Origin: Spirochaetia bacterium
GTDB lineage: Bacteria > Spirochaetota > Spirochaetia > SZUA-6 > Bin103
NCBI GenBank assembly: GCA_965203055.1
Contig: OZ241863.1
Span: forward strand, 128,001 to 192,000
Length of the DNA: 64,000 bases
Direction of reading: 5' to 3'
Position 1 is the first letter of the stretch; each line of letters starts with the position of its first letter. The translations under genes and the position numbers were made by a program. Positions 39,305 to 52,057 of the stretch are shown here, one piece after another. Under the pieces are notes generated by a model. That model had not been told where the DNA came from. It made no database searches and was given only the letters and a program-made list of their open reading frames with translations.

Positions 39305-40423
39305 CTACGCCAAGCCGCGCAGGAACTGCAGCGCCGGCTGCACCCGGATGCCGTCGGGCGTGAGGTAGTCGTCGGTTCCGGTGGCGCTGAGCTGATGGGC
39401 GGCGGCCCCGGGGAAGCGCTTGCTCAGGTAACGCAGCGCCCGGTCCGGCGGCCGGTCGCTCCACTTCACCTCGATCAGATGGGTCGGAGCGCCGCGTTCG
39501 GTGAGCACGAAGTCCACCTCGCGCCCGTCGACGTCGCGAAAGTAGCGCAGGTCGAGTTCGCGCCCGCGCACGTCCTGCTCGTGATGGACCCACTTCAGGA
39601 GCTGGAGCGCTACCAGATTTTCGAACCGCGCCGCCCGATCGGCGACCGGCAGCCAGTCGTAGTGATAGTGCTTCCGAGACTTCTTGACCGCCCTGATCGC
39701 CGGCGCCCCGAATGGCGCGACGCGCACGATGGCGTAGAGTCGTTCGAAGATCTCCAGCCAGCGGGACAGCGTGCGATGGCTCACCTGCAGGTCTTCGCGC
39801 AGCGCATTCACCGACAGTGGACTGCCCACCAGATCGGACAGCCGCACCGCCAGGAGCTGCAGCGCGCCGAGGTCATCCACCTGCTCGAGGTCGGCGATCT
39901 CATCTTCGATCAGGCGGGCGCGGTACTCTCGGGACCAGCGTTGAGCGGCAGCCGGCGAATCACTCAGGTAGGGCTCCGGGAACCCGCCCTGGTCAAGCAA
40001 CCGGCCCAGACCCGGCGGGTCGTCGATCCCGAGCTCGGCGACCGACAGCGGATGCATCCGCAGGTGATGGTAGCGGCCTTGCAGCGAGTCGCCGCCGTAA
40101 CGATAGTAGTCAAGCCGACCGCTGCCGGTGACCAGGATCCGCCGGCCGTCCTGGCGGTCGTAGAGCCCCTTGAGAAAGCTTCGCCACTGGCGGAACTTGT
40201 GCAGCTCGTCGAACACCAGGAGATCGGTTGCCGGCAGCCGGCCGCGCAGGATCGCGTCCCGATGTTCCGGTATGTCCCAGTTCAGGTAGCCGGCCGCGTC
40301 CGCCAGCAGGTGTCGGGCCAGGGTCGTCTTGCCAACCTGCCGCGGACCGGACACGAACACCATCTTGCGCGCCAAGTCGGAGCGGACCTGCGCGGAGAGA
40401 TACCGCGGGAGGGTGCTGGCCAT
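39305..40423 (-). CDS. AAA_14 ATPase with DUF4143 / PD-(D/E)xK C-terminus
   Basis: Motifs GPRQVGKTT, FDELHK, VTGS, SLQGR, GGFPE and EVDFV...IEVK. Confidence 0.9.
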   Translation of the reverse strand: MASTLPRYLSAQVRSDLARKMVFVSGPRQVGKTTLARHLLADAAGYLNWDIPEHRDAILRGRLPATDLLVFDELHKFRQWRSFLKGLYDRQDGRRILVTGSGRLDYYRYGGDSLQGRYHHLRMHPLSVAELGIDDPPGLGRLLDQGGFPEPYLSDSPAAAQRWSREYRARLIEDEIADLEQVDDLGALQLLAVRLSDLVGSPLSVNALREDLQVSHRTLSRWLEIFERLYAIVRVAPFGAPAIRAVKKSRKHYHYDWLPVADRAARFENLVALQLLKWVHHEQDVRGRELDLRYFRDVDGREVDFVLTERGAPTHLIEVKWSDRPPDRALRYLSKRFPGAAAHQLSATGTDDYLTPDGIRVQPALQFLRGLA

Positions 40424-40504
40424 ACCTCATGCTACGTTATTTGCGTCCATGAGAAAATCATGGCGACTAATTTCTACCCGCCGCAAAATTGACCGCCGCG
40501 CGCG

Positions 40505-41347
40505 TTACCAGAGAAGCTGCTCGGCGGGGAATACCGGGCCGTCGCGGCAGACCAGGGCGTACGCCGCGCGGTCCTGGCCGTTGCCGGCCGCCCGCACGCG
40601 GATGGCGCAGCCCAGGCAGACGCCGAAGCCGCACGCCATCGGTTCTTCCACCGCGGCCTGGCACGGCACGCCGGCGGCGGCCGTCAGTTGCGCGCAGCGC
40701 CGCAGCATCGGATGGGGACCGCACGCCAGCACCATGGTGCGCGCCGGCGCCGCCGCCAACGCCGCTTCCAGCAGGTCGGTGACCAGCCCATGGTGGCCGC
40801 GCGAGCCGTCGTCGGTGGCCACCCGCACCTGCCAGCCGCGGCCGGCCAACTCCTCCTCGCACAGCAGCAGCTCACCGCGCGCGGCGCCGAGCAGCGCGCT
40901 GCCGGTCAGCGGCGCCAGCTCGGCCGCGGCGTGCGCCAGGGGCGGCACGCCGACCCCCCCGCCGACCAGAATCACCCTCCCCTCGGCCGCGGCGGCCAGC
41001 TCGAACCCCCGGCCCAGCGGCCCGAGCAGTTCCAGCTCGGTGCCGGCCGCGGCCGCCGCCAGGGCACGGGTGCCCGGCCCCACCGCCCGCGACAGGAAGC
41101 TGCACCGATCGTCTTCCGCGGCCAGAAAGCTGAACGGGCGCGGCAGGAACACCGCGCTGCCCGGAATCCGGATCTGAGCGAACTGGCCGGCGCGGGCGCG
41201 GCGGCCGATGGCGCGCGTCGTGACCGTGATCAGGTTGTGGCCGGGCGCCGCCGCATGATTGGCCAGCACCCGGCAGCGCTCCTGCACGGCCTGAGGCGGA
41301 GCCGCAGGGCGGGCTCCTCCGGGGTTGGAATCCATCAAGCCGCCCAC
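40505..41347 (-). CDS. pyrK: Dihydroorotate dehydrogenase electron-transfer subunit
   Basis: Motifs RPFS, GPLGRGF, GGGVG, CGPHPM and MACGFGVCLGC...VCRDGPVF. Confidence 0.9.
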   Translation of the reverse strand: MGGLMDSNPGGARPAAPPQAVQERCRVLANHAAAPGHNLITVTTRAIGRRARAGQFAQIRIPGSAVFLPRPFSFLAAEDDRCSFLSRAVGPGTRALAAAAAGTELELLGPLGRGFELAAAAEGRVILVGGGVGVPPLAHAAAELAPLTGSALLGAARGELLLCEEELAGRGWQVRVATDDGSRGHHGLVTDLLEAALAAAPARTMVLACGPHPMLRRCAQLTAAAGVPCQAAVEEPMACGFGVCLGCAIRVRAAGNGQDRAAYALVCRDGPVFPAEQLLW

Positions 41348-41368
41348 CGCCCCTGAAGGAGGACGCCG

Positions 41369-44611
<3,243 letters not shown>

Positions 44612-44752
44612 CGCTCGAGGCGCGGCGCGGCATCCTGTATGAGTGGCAAACCATGCGGCGGCGGGCGTAATGTACCATCGACGACGGCGCCGAGTTCAAG
44701 GGCGGGGGCGAAAGCGCCGCCTGCCGATTGGCCGCGGCCCGGCCGGAAGAGC

Positions 44753-47446
44753 ATGAAGTTGCGGCGCTACTACTCCGGGGATACCGGTCCATCCGCCCGG
44801 CGGCCGCCGGCGGCGCTGCTCGGCCGCCTGTTGCGCCGCCGGCGCAACGCCCGGCGCGACCGCGGCGAGGCGAGGTTGCGGCGCACGGCGCAGCGGGTTG
44901 CGCTGCGGGCGTTCAACAAGCGCTGGACGGTGTGGTGGTTCCTCCGTTCCCGGCTGCGGCCGCGGAACGGCGCCGGCCGCGGCCGCGCGCCGCGGCCGGG
45001 CGAGTCGGCGCCGGCCTTCGATCTGCGGGCCTGCAACCCCATTCACTGGCCGCGCGCCGCCCGCGCCCGGGTGGCGGCGCTGGGGCCGCTCGAGCGGCTG
45101 CCGCCGGGGGTCAGGGCGGACCGCGCCGCCCGCGCCTGGAACCCGCTGCGGCTGCGCCGCTACCACCACGTGGAGGACGCGCCGGCGTTCCACGCCGGAC
45201 CGGTCAGCCGGGCCGGCGCGCTGGCCCGGCTGGCCGCGGCCGGGGTGGTGCTGCACGCCGCGGATGCCGACCCCCGGCTCCAGGCGCTGCTCGGCGCTGA
45301 ACTGCATCGACTGATTACCGCCGACGTGGACGGCCTCGATGCCGGCGGGCGCGAGTTGCGCAGCATCGGCCTGCGCCGGGCGGCGCTGCGCAGCCACTCC
45401 ACGTGGGCGCGCGGCGCTGCGCAGCTGCCGTACGTGTCGGTGCTGCTGGCGACCCGGCGCCCGGCGCTGGTGCCGCAGGCGCTCGCCGCGGTGGCGGCGC
45501 AGACCTATCCGCGGCTGGAGCTGGTGCTGGCGCTGCACGGGAACGAAGCGGCCTTCGCCGGCGTCGAGCGGCGCGCGGCCGAGCTGCCGCTCCCCTGCCG
45601 GATCGTGCGCGTGGCGGGCGGCGCGCCGCTGGGCGCGGTGCTGAACGCCGCGGTCGCGGCGGCCGGCGGGGAGCTGCTGACCAAGATGGACGACGACGAC
45701 CGCTACGGCGCCGATCACGTCTGGGACCTGGTGCTCGCGCGCGAGTACTCGCGCGCGCAGTTGGTGGGCAAGGCCGCCGAGTTCATCTACCTTGCCGCTT
45801 CGGATCGGATGGTCCACCGCTTCGCCGGCGAGGGGGAGGCCTACCGCTACTTCCTGATCGGCGGCACGCTGCTGATCGCCCGCCGCGACCTGGAGCAGGT
45901 GGGCGGCTGGCGCAACGTGCCGGCGCGCGAGGACTTGGGGCTGGTGGAGGACGTCCTGCGCGCCGGCGGGGCGGTATACCGGACCCACGGCGCCGGATTC
46001 GTGCTGGTCCGGCACGGCGCCGGCCACGCCTGGGCCGCGGGCGACGACTACTTCCTGTCGGTCGCCGGCCACGTCAGCCGCGGCTGGAATCCGGCGCTTG
46101 CCGGGCTCCCGGACCGGTCGGCGCGGCCGCCCGCCGCCGCGCCGGGCGGGGCCGGGCCGCCGCCGGCGGGCGGCGTCGAGGAGGAGGCGCCGCCCGCGTC
46201 CCTCCTGTGGCGGGCAGCCAACAAGCGCCGCACGGTGGGGTGGTTCCTCCGCTCCCGGCTCGGGGCGGCGGAGCGTCTGGCCGCTCGCGGCGCCGCGCCC
46301 GCCCGCTCGCCCGCCGGGGAGTCGGCGCCGGCCTTCGATCTGCGAAGATACAACCCGATACACTGGCCGCGCGTCGCCCGCGCGGCGGTGGCCGCGCTGG
46401 GGCCGCTCGACCGGCTGCCGCCCGGCGTCACCGCGGACTGCGCCGTCCGCCGCCGCGACCCATTGCGGTTGCGCCGCTACCACCACGTGGAGGACGCGCC
46501 GGCGTTCCACGCCGGCGCCGTTGCGCGGGCCGGCGCGCTGGTCCGGCTGGCCGCGGCCGGGGTGGTGGTGCACGCGGCGGACGCCGGGCCGCGGCTGCGG
46601 GCACTGCTCGGCCGCGAGTTCCATCGGCTGCTGACCGCGGGCGCCGGCGCGCTGGACGCCGGCGCCCGCGAGCGGCGCAGCATTGGCCTGCGCCGGGCGG
46701 CGCTGCGCGAACACTCGTCGTGGGCGCGCGCCGCGGCGCGCCTGCCGCCGGTGTCGGTGCTGCTGGCGACCCGGCGCCCGGCGCTGGTGCCGCAGGCGCT
46801 CGCCGCGGTGGCGGCGCAGACCTATCCGCGGCTGGAGCTGGTGCTGGCGCTGCACGGGAATGAAGCGGCCTTCGCCGGCGTCGAGCGGCGCGCGGCCGAG
46901 CTGGCGCTCCCCTGCCGGATCGTGCGCGTGGCGGGCGGCGCGCCGCTGGGCGCCGTGTTGAACGCCGCGGTCGCGGCGGCCGGCGGGGAGCTGCTGACCA
47001 AGATGGACGACGACGACCGCTACGGCGCCGACCACGTCTGGGACCTGGTGCTCGCGCGCGAGTATTCCCGCGCGCAGTTGGTGGGCAAGGCGATCGAGTT
47101 CATCTACCTGGCCAGGTCGGACCGCACGCTGTACCGCGCCGCCGGGCGCCCCGAAGCCTATGGGATGAACGGCCTGGCGGGCGGCGCGCTGTTGATCTCG
47201 CGGCGCGACCTGGAGTGGGTCGGCGGCTGGCGCAACGCCCGGCGCGGCGTCGATCAGGCGCTGATCGGCGACGTGCTGCGCGCCGGCGGCGGCGTATACC
47301 GGACCCACAGCACCGGCTTCGCGCTGGTTCGGCACGGCGACCGCCACACCTGGGAGCTGGACGACGGCCACTTCCTGGCCCGGGCCGACCGCATCATTCC
47401 GGGCTGGGCCGCGGCTGCGGCCGACGTCGCCGAGCACGACGCCTGA
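44753..47446 (+). CDS. Internally duplicated GT2-family glycosyltransferase (two ~439-aa units)
   Basis: Twice VSVLLATRRP..AQTYP..KMDDDD.YG..H.WDL; start at ATG 44753 chosen (upstream part of the track ORF overlaps carB). Confidence 0.82.
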   Translation: MKLRRYYSGDTGPSARRPPAALLGRLLRRRRNARRDRGEARLRRTAQRVALRAFNKRWTVWWFLRSRLRPRNGAGRGRAPRPGESAPAFDLRACNPIHWPRAARARVAALGPLERLPPGVRADRAARAWNPLRLRRYHHVEDAPAFHAGPVSRAGALARLAAAGVVLHAADADPRLQALLGAELHRLITADVDGLDAGGRELRSIGLRRAALRSHSTWARGAAQLPYVSVLLATRRPALVPQALAAVAAQTYPRLELVLALHGNEAAFAGVERRAAELPLPCRIVRVAGGAPLGAVLNAAVAAAGGELLTKMDDDDRYGADHVWDLVLAREYSRAQLVGKAAEFIYLAASDRMVHRFAGEGEAYRYFLIGGTLLIARRDLEQVGGWRNVPAREDLGLVEDVLRAGGAVYRTHGAGFVLVRHGAGHAWAAGDDYFLSVAGHVSRGWNPALAGLPDRSARPPAAAPGGAGPPPAGGVEEEAPPASLLWRAANKRRTVGWFLRSRLGAAERLAARGAAPARSPAGESAPAFDLRRYNPIHWPRVARAAVAALGPLDRLPPGVTADCAVRRRDPLRLRRYHHVEDAPAFHAGAVARAGALVRLAAAGVVVHAADAGPRLRALLGREFHRLLTAGAGALDAGARERRSIGLRRAALREHSSWARAAARLPPVSVLLATRRPALVPQALAAVAAQTYPRLELVLALHGNEAAFAGVERRAAELALPCRIVRVAGGAPLGAVLNAAVAAAGGELLTKMDDDDRYGADHVWDLVLAREYSRAQLVGKAIEFIYLARSDRTLYRAAGRPEAYGMNGLAGGALLISRRDLEWVGGWRNARRGVDQALIGDVLRAGGGVYRTHSTGFALVRHGDRHTWELDDGHFLARADRIIPGWAAAAADVAEHDA
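45434..47091 (+). repeat. Direct repeat pair 45434-45774 / 46751-47091 (core of the GT2 duplication)
   Basis: 341-nt copies offset by 1317 nt; about 7 mismatches by eye; flanking parts of the units are more diverged. Confidence 0.9.
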
Positions 47447-48611
47447 CGTCCGCGCGCGCACCGCGCGGGCTCATGCACAGGCCGAGGATGGCCCACTGCA
47501 GCACGCCGATGCTCACCGCGTTCTGCAGCAGCGTGATGGCGAAGATGTTGGTGATGATTACGCTCGTCAGCACGGCGAGCCCGAGCGCCCGCAACGCGGC
47601 GTCCCGCTGCCGGTGCAGCAAGGTCCACAACGCCGCCAGGAGCAGGACGAACGCGCCGAGCCCGACCGCGCCGGTCTGCAATGCGATCTGCAGGAACTGG
47701 CTGTGGGTCGAGAAGGTGATCTCGGACACGTCGCGCAGGATGGTTCCGGCGCCGTAGCCGAAGTAGGGCCGCGCCAGAATCAGATTCAGGATGATCGGCC
47801 AGAACAGCTCGCGCGGACTGCGCACCGACAGGCCGAAGGCAAAGGTCCCGCCGCCGACGATTCCCACGAGAAACTGCGACAGCACGGCCAGAAAGGCGGT
47901 CACGTAGACCGCGAACAGCAGCACCGCGAGCAACGGCAGGTAGGCCAGCCACGCGCCTCCCCGGCGCGTATGGTAGAACCAGAGAAACGCCGGTATCAGT
48001 CCCAGCGACGACGCGATCAGGACTCTGGCGGAGGCTGCGTACGCTATCAGGAACGATCCCAGGACGGCGCCGCCGAGCGCCAGCCATACCGGCGCGGCGC
48101 GCCGGCGGACCGCGAGGCAGGCGAGCAGCAGCAGGACCTGAGTCAACGCCGCGGCGTATTGATAGATCCGCCAGTGGAACGTGGAGGTGCCGATCTCGTC
48201 GCCCAACCGGTCATAGGGAAAGAGGACGACCCGCGCCGCCAGCGCGAGTCCGGCGCCGGCCAGCAGCAGGGCGAAGCCCGGCGAGGCGGACAGATGCTCG
48301 CCGTACTGGTAGGCCGCGGCGAGGTAGATCGCGACCAGCAGGATCACTCCGGTATGCACCGCGGCGCGCGGTTCCGGGTTGCCCAGCGCGGAGACCGCGT
48401 ACACGGCGAACAGCGCGGCGAATGCGAGCAGGACCGGCCGGAAGCCGCGCGCCAGGCTGCCGTCGAGCAGGAACGGCACCGCGCAGGAGGCCAGGGCGCC
48501 GGCCAGCAGGAGATCGCCGAGCGCCGCGTCGTACAGGCCGGTGGCGGCATTCACCGTGGCCGCGAGCACCCCCAGGGAAATCGTGAATGACGCCACCGTC
48601 TGATGGCGCAT
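47394..48611 (-). CDS. O-antigen ligase/polymerase (Wzy_C-like) membrane protein
   Basis: About 11-12 TMs; SAR, R..FW, RPYFGYGAG and HSQFLQIALQTGAVG motifs. Confidence 0.8.
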   Translation of the reverse strand: MRHQTVASFTISLGVLAATVNAATGLYDAALGDLLLAGALASCAVPFLLDGSLARGFRPVLLAFAALFAVYAVSALGNPEPRAAVHTGVILLVAIYLAAAYQYGEHLSASPGFALLLAGAGLALAARVVLFPYDRLGDEIGTSTFHWRIYQYAAALTQVLLLLACLAVRRRAAPVWLALGGAVLGSFLIAYAASARVLIASSLGLIPAFLWFYHTRRGGAWLAYLPLLAVLLFAVYVTAFLAVLSQFLVGIVGGGTFAFGLSVRSPRELFWPIILNLILARPYFGYGAGTILRDVSEITFSTHSQFLQIALQTGAVGLGAFVLLLAALWTLLHRQRDAALRALGLAVLTSVIITNIFAITLLQNAVSIGVLQWAILGLCMSPRGARADVRRRARRRRPQPRPSPE

Positions 48612-48628
48612 GGGCCGCGCGGGCCGCG

Positions 48629-49840
48629 TCAGCGAGCGCTCCAATTGCGGACCGCGTTGAGGACCAGGGCCGCTACCATCCCGATCGCCAGGAACGCGGC
48701 GAACGCGAACATGAGTATTCGGCGGCGCGACGGACCGGACCTCAGGTCCGGGACCTCCGCCCACTCCAGCACCTGAAACACCGACTCCTGCCCGGCCGCC
48801 TCGAGCTTCGCCAGCTCGTACTCCCGTGACAGCAGCTTGAAGAGTTCGACCTGCACCGCTTGTTCAAGGCGCAGGCGGGCGAACTCCTGCGCCAGGTCCG
48901 GCAGCTCGGCCTGCGCCGGAAGCTGCCCGTCGAACTCCACGTATCCCGATTCCATTTCGTCGATGAGCTGGCCGAGATTCTCGCGTTCGGCCTGCAGCAC
49001 CAGCAGCGCCGAGTCGTTGCTCGGAGCCACGCCGGCGTAGGTCTGAATCTCCACTTCCTGCAGCAGCAACTGGGTATTCAGGTCGGCCATGCGGCGCACG
49101 TATTCGCGCGCCAGATCGTCGACGTTCAGCACCCCGTAGCGCTGCTGGAACTCCTTGATGCGTTCCGCGTAGTGGACGATCTGCCGTTCCACCTCACCGT
49201 GCCGCAAGGCGATCAGATCGCGCCTGGTACGGCCGCGGTCGATGCCGAGTTCTTCGAACCGCTGTTCGAGTGTCTCCACCAGGCGGTTGACGACCGCGGC
49301 GGCGAATTCCGGTTCGGCGCTGCGGTACGCAATGCGCAGCGTTCGCTCCGAGAATTGGGTCTCGAACGTGGCCTTGGACAGAAACCGCTTTCGCACCGCG
49401 CCGCGCACCTGCGTGGTGATGTTGTAGCGCGCGGCCAGGTCGAAGTGCTTGGCGACCCGGTCGACCGTCGTCTTGCTGTTCAGGAGGGTGACGGCGAGCC
49501 GCATGTTGTTGACCTGACCCGGCAGCAGGCCGGACAACGAGGAGTTGCTGAGCAGATTGCTCACCTCCGCATTGAAGTCGGGCGCGCTGACCGACCGGGG
49601 TATCAGGAGCAGCGCTTCGGCCTGATAGACGTTGGGCAGCGGGTTGCGCTCCTCGGGCAGCACCAGGGAGAGCAGCAGGTAGATCAGTACCGCGGTGGTA
49701 CCGGCCGCGGTGACCGCGGCAATCAGCCAGCGGTACCGCCAGAGGACGCCGGCCAGGTACCGGATGTCGTAGGCCGCCTCGGGCGCCGGCTCCCGTGACG
49801 GCAACTCTCCCGCGCCGCGCGCGTCGCCCACCTCACTCAC
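48629..49840 (-). CDS. Wzz/GumC-like polysaccharide co-polymerase (chain-length determinant)
   Basis: N- and C-terminal TMs, central coiled coil, AEVPDLRSGPSR proline motif; no kinase domain. Confidence 0.87.
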   Translation of the reverse strand: MSEVGDARGAGELPSREPAPEAAYDIRYLAGVLWRYRWLIAAVTAAGTTAVLIYLLLSLVLPEERNPLPNVYQAEALLLIPRSVSAPDFNAEVSNLLSNSSLSGLLPGQVNNMRLAVTLLNSKTTVDRVAKHFDLAARYNITTQVRGAVRKRFLSKATFETQFSERTLRIAYRSAEPEFAAAVVNRLVETLEQRFEELGIDRGRTRRDLIALRHGEVERQIVHYAERIKEFQQRYGVLNVDDLAREYVRRMADLNTQLLLQEVEIQTYAGVAPSNDSALLVLQAERENLGQLIDEMESGYVEFDGQLPAQAELPDLAQEFARLRLEQAVQVELFKLLSREYELAKLEAAGQESVFQVLEWAEVPDLRSGPSRRRILMFAFAAFLAIGMVAALVLNAVRNWSAR

Positions 49841-49984
49841 TATGCCTAACCGATAGACCGGGATTCACAGCCGGAGCGGCTGCAGACGGTACCCCTCAAA
49901 GTTCGCTACCGCGGCGCTGCTTGTCAACCTCGGCGCCGCGCTGACTTCACTGAGCGCTCCCCTTATAATACCCGTCCATCGAAG

Positions 49985-52057
49985 ATGATGCTGTCGAGAT
50001 CGTGTTTGGCCGGCGCCTCCCGCCGGAGATCGCCGGCGCAGGCGGTCCGCCGGGCGGCGCTGCCGGTTGCGCTGGCGTGCTGCTACGTTCTGGCCGGCCG
50101 GTGGCCGGCGGCCTCCCAGGAGCGCCCCGCTGACGAGCGCCCGAACGTCGTGGTCATCCTGGCGGACGATCTGGGCTACCGCGACGTCAGCTATCAGGGG
50201 GCGGCCGATATCGAGACCCCGCACATCGACCGGCTGGCGCAGACCGGCGTCATCTTCAGCAACGGCTATGTAGCGCATCCGGTCTGCTCGCCGTCGCGCG
50301 CCGCCCTCATGACCGGGCGCTACCCGGCGCGGTTCGGCATGGAGCTCAACCTGTCCTATGCGCCGTTCGACGAGCATCACGGCCTTCCGCTGCAGGAACG
50401 CACCGTCGCCGGATACCTGCGGGAAGCGGGCTACCGCACCGCCATGGTAGGAAAGTGGCATCTCGGCGCGGCGCCGGCATTCCACCCGCTCAACCGCGGC
50501 TTCGACTATTTCTACGGCTTCACCGGCGGCGGGCACGATTACTACCGCATCGACCTTACCCGATCCCCGCTGAAGGAATACCTGCTGCCGCTCAACGACG
50601 GGCGCGGCGCCGCCGGATTCTCCGGCTACCTGACCGATGCCCTCACCGACCGGGCGCTCGAGTTCATCGCCGCGGAGCGGGACGAACCGTTCTTCCTGTA
50701 CCTCTCCTACAACGCGCCGCACACGCCGCTGCAGGCGCCGGCGGAGACGGTGCGGAAGTATCGTCACGTCGCCGACGGCAACCGGCGCAGATACTTGGCG
50801 ATGATCGACTCGCTGGATCACAACGTGGGCCGCATCACCGCGGCGTTGCAGGAAGCGGGGCGCCGGGAGAACACGTTGCTCTTCTTTCTGAGCGATAACG
50901 GCGGTTCGTCCGGCGCGCGCCAGAACTGGGCGGACAACGGGCCGTTGCGGGCCGGCAAGGGCAGTCTGTTCGACGGCGGCATTCGGGTGCCCTTCGCCGC
51001 CTCGTGGCCGGCCCGCTGGCCCGGCGGTACCACCTTCGAGCCGATGGTCATCAACCTGGACGTCGCCGCCACCGCGCTGGCCGCGGCCGGCGCGGTGGCC
51101 GCCGCGGACCGGCCGCTCGACGGGGTGAACCTGGACCCCTTCATACGCGGCGCCGCGGCCGGCGTCCCGCACGAGGCGCTGTTCTGGGCAACCGACCGCA
51201 TCAAGGAACAAGACGTAGGATACGCGGTGCGGACGGCCGATACCAAGTTGGTCAAGGACCGTCTCGGGGCGGGGCCGGCGCTGTTCGACCTGCGCGCCGA
51301 CCCCGGAGAGACGCGCGACCTGCTCGCCCGGGAACCGGCCACCGCAGCGCGGCTCGCCGCGCTCTGGAACGACTGGAACGAGCGCAACTCCACCGATTTC
51401 TTCTTCTGGAACCAGTTGTACCAGACCGAATTGCACGAGATGCAGTGCCGCATCGAACGCTACATGCGCTACTCCGGCTCCGGCCGGCCGCCGCTGCAAC
51501 TGGCCGGCGAGCCGCCGGCGCCGACCCGCGCCGCGCCGGTCGCGCCGCCCGCTCCGGCCGGGCTCGCCGCCGCCGCCGGCGACCGCTCGATCGAACTCAC
51601 CTGGGACGATCCCCGCGACCACGGCATCATGTTCTATGAGATCCGACACAAGAGCTCGCAAGAGAGCGACTGGAGCGAGTGGACCGGCGCCGGCATCTGC
51701 AGCTATGCCGAGACCAGCCACACGCTGTTCGGCCTCACCAACGGCGTACGCTATCGGGTCCAGCTCCGGGTCCACAACGCGGCCGGCGCGAGCGAGCCGA
51801 GCGAGGCCGCGGCGTCCCCGCAGGAGCCGGGGCGGATCGCGTCCGCGGAGCGGATCGCCTCCACCGCGCCGGCGGGCGCCTCGAGCTCCGCCCCGCCTGC
51901 GGCTCCGCCGCCCGGAGCCGCCACCGCGGCGGAGCCTCCGGCCGCCTTGCCGGGGGCGCCGTGGCTGCTGGCCGGCGCGCTGTTCGCGGCCTTGGCGGTC
52001 GGCACGGCGGCGGCCGTCCGGCGCCGCGCCGCCGGCCGCCGCCGGAGCGCTTGCTGA
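49985..52057 (+). CDS. Arylsulfatase-family sulfatase with Fn3 domain and C-terminal TM anchor
   Basis: ADDLG, CSPSRAALMTG (formylglycine motif), GKWHLG and SDNG; Fn3 LTW...GLTNGVRY.V.LR; Pro/Ala linker, TM and Arg-rich tail. Confidence 0.9.
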   Translation: MMLSRSCLAGASRRRSPAQAVRRAALPVALACCYVLAGRWPAASQERPADERPNVVVILADDLGYRDVSYQGAADIETPHIDRLAQTGVIFSNGYVAHPVCSPSRAALMTGRYPARFGMELNLSYAPFDEHHGLPLQERTVAGYLREAGYRTAMVGKWHLGAAPAFHPLNRGFDYFYGFTGGGHDYYRIDLTRSPLKEYLLPLNDGRGAAGFSGYLTDALTDRALEFIAAERDEPFFLYLSYNAPHTPLQAPAETVRKYRHVADGNRRRYLAMIDSLDHNVGRITAALQEAGRRENTLLFFLSDNGGSSGARQNWADNGPLRAGKGSLFDGGIRVPFAASWPARWPGGTTFEPMVINLDVAATALAAAGAVAAADRPLDGVNLDPFIRGAAAGVPHEALFWATDRIKEQDVGYAVRTADTKLVKDRLGAGPALFDLRADPGETRDLLAREPATAARLAALWNDWNERNSTDFFFWNQLYQTELHEMQCRIERYMRYSGSGRPPLQLAGEPPAPTRAAPVAPPAPAGLAAAAGDRSIELTWDDPRDHGIMFYEIRHKSSQESDWSEWTGAGICSYAETSHTLFGLTNGVRYRVQLRVHNAAGASEPSEAAASPQEPGRIASAERIASTAPAGASSSAPPAAPPPGAATAAEPPAALPGAPWLLAGALFAALAVGTAAAVRRRAAGRRRSAC

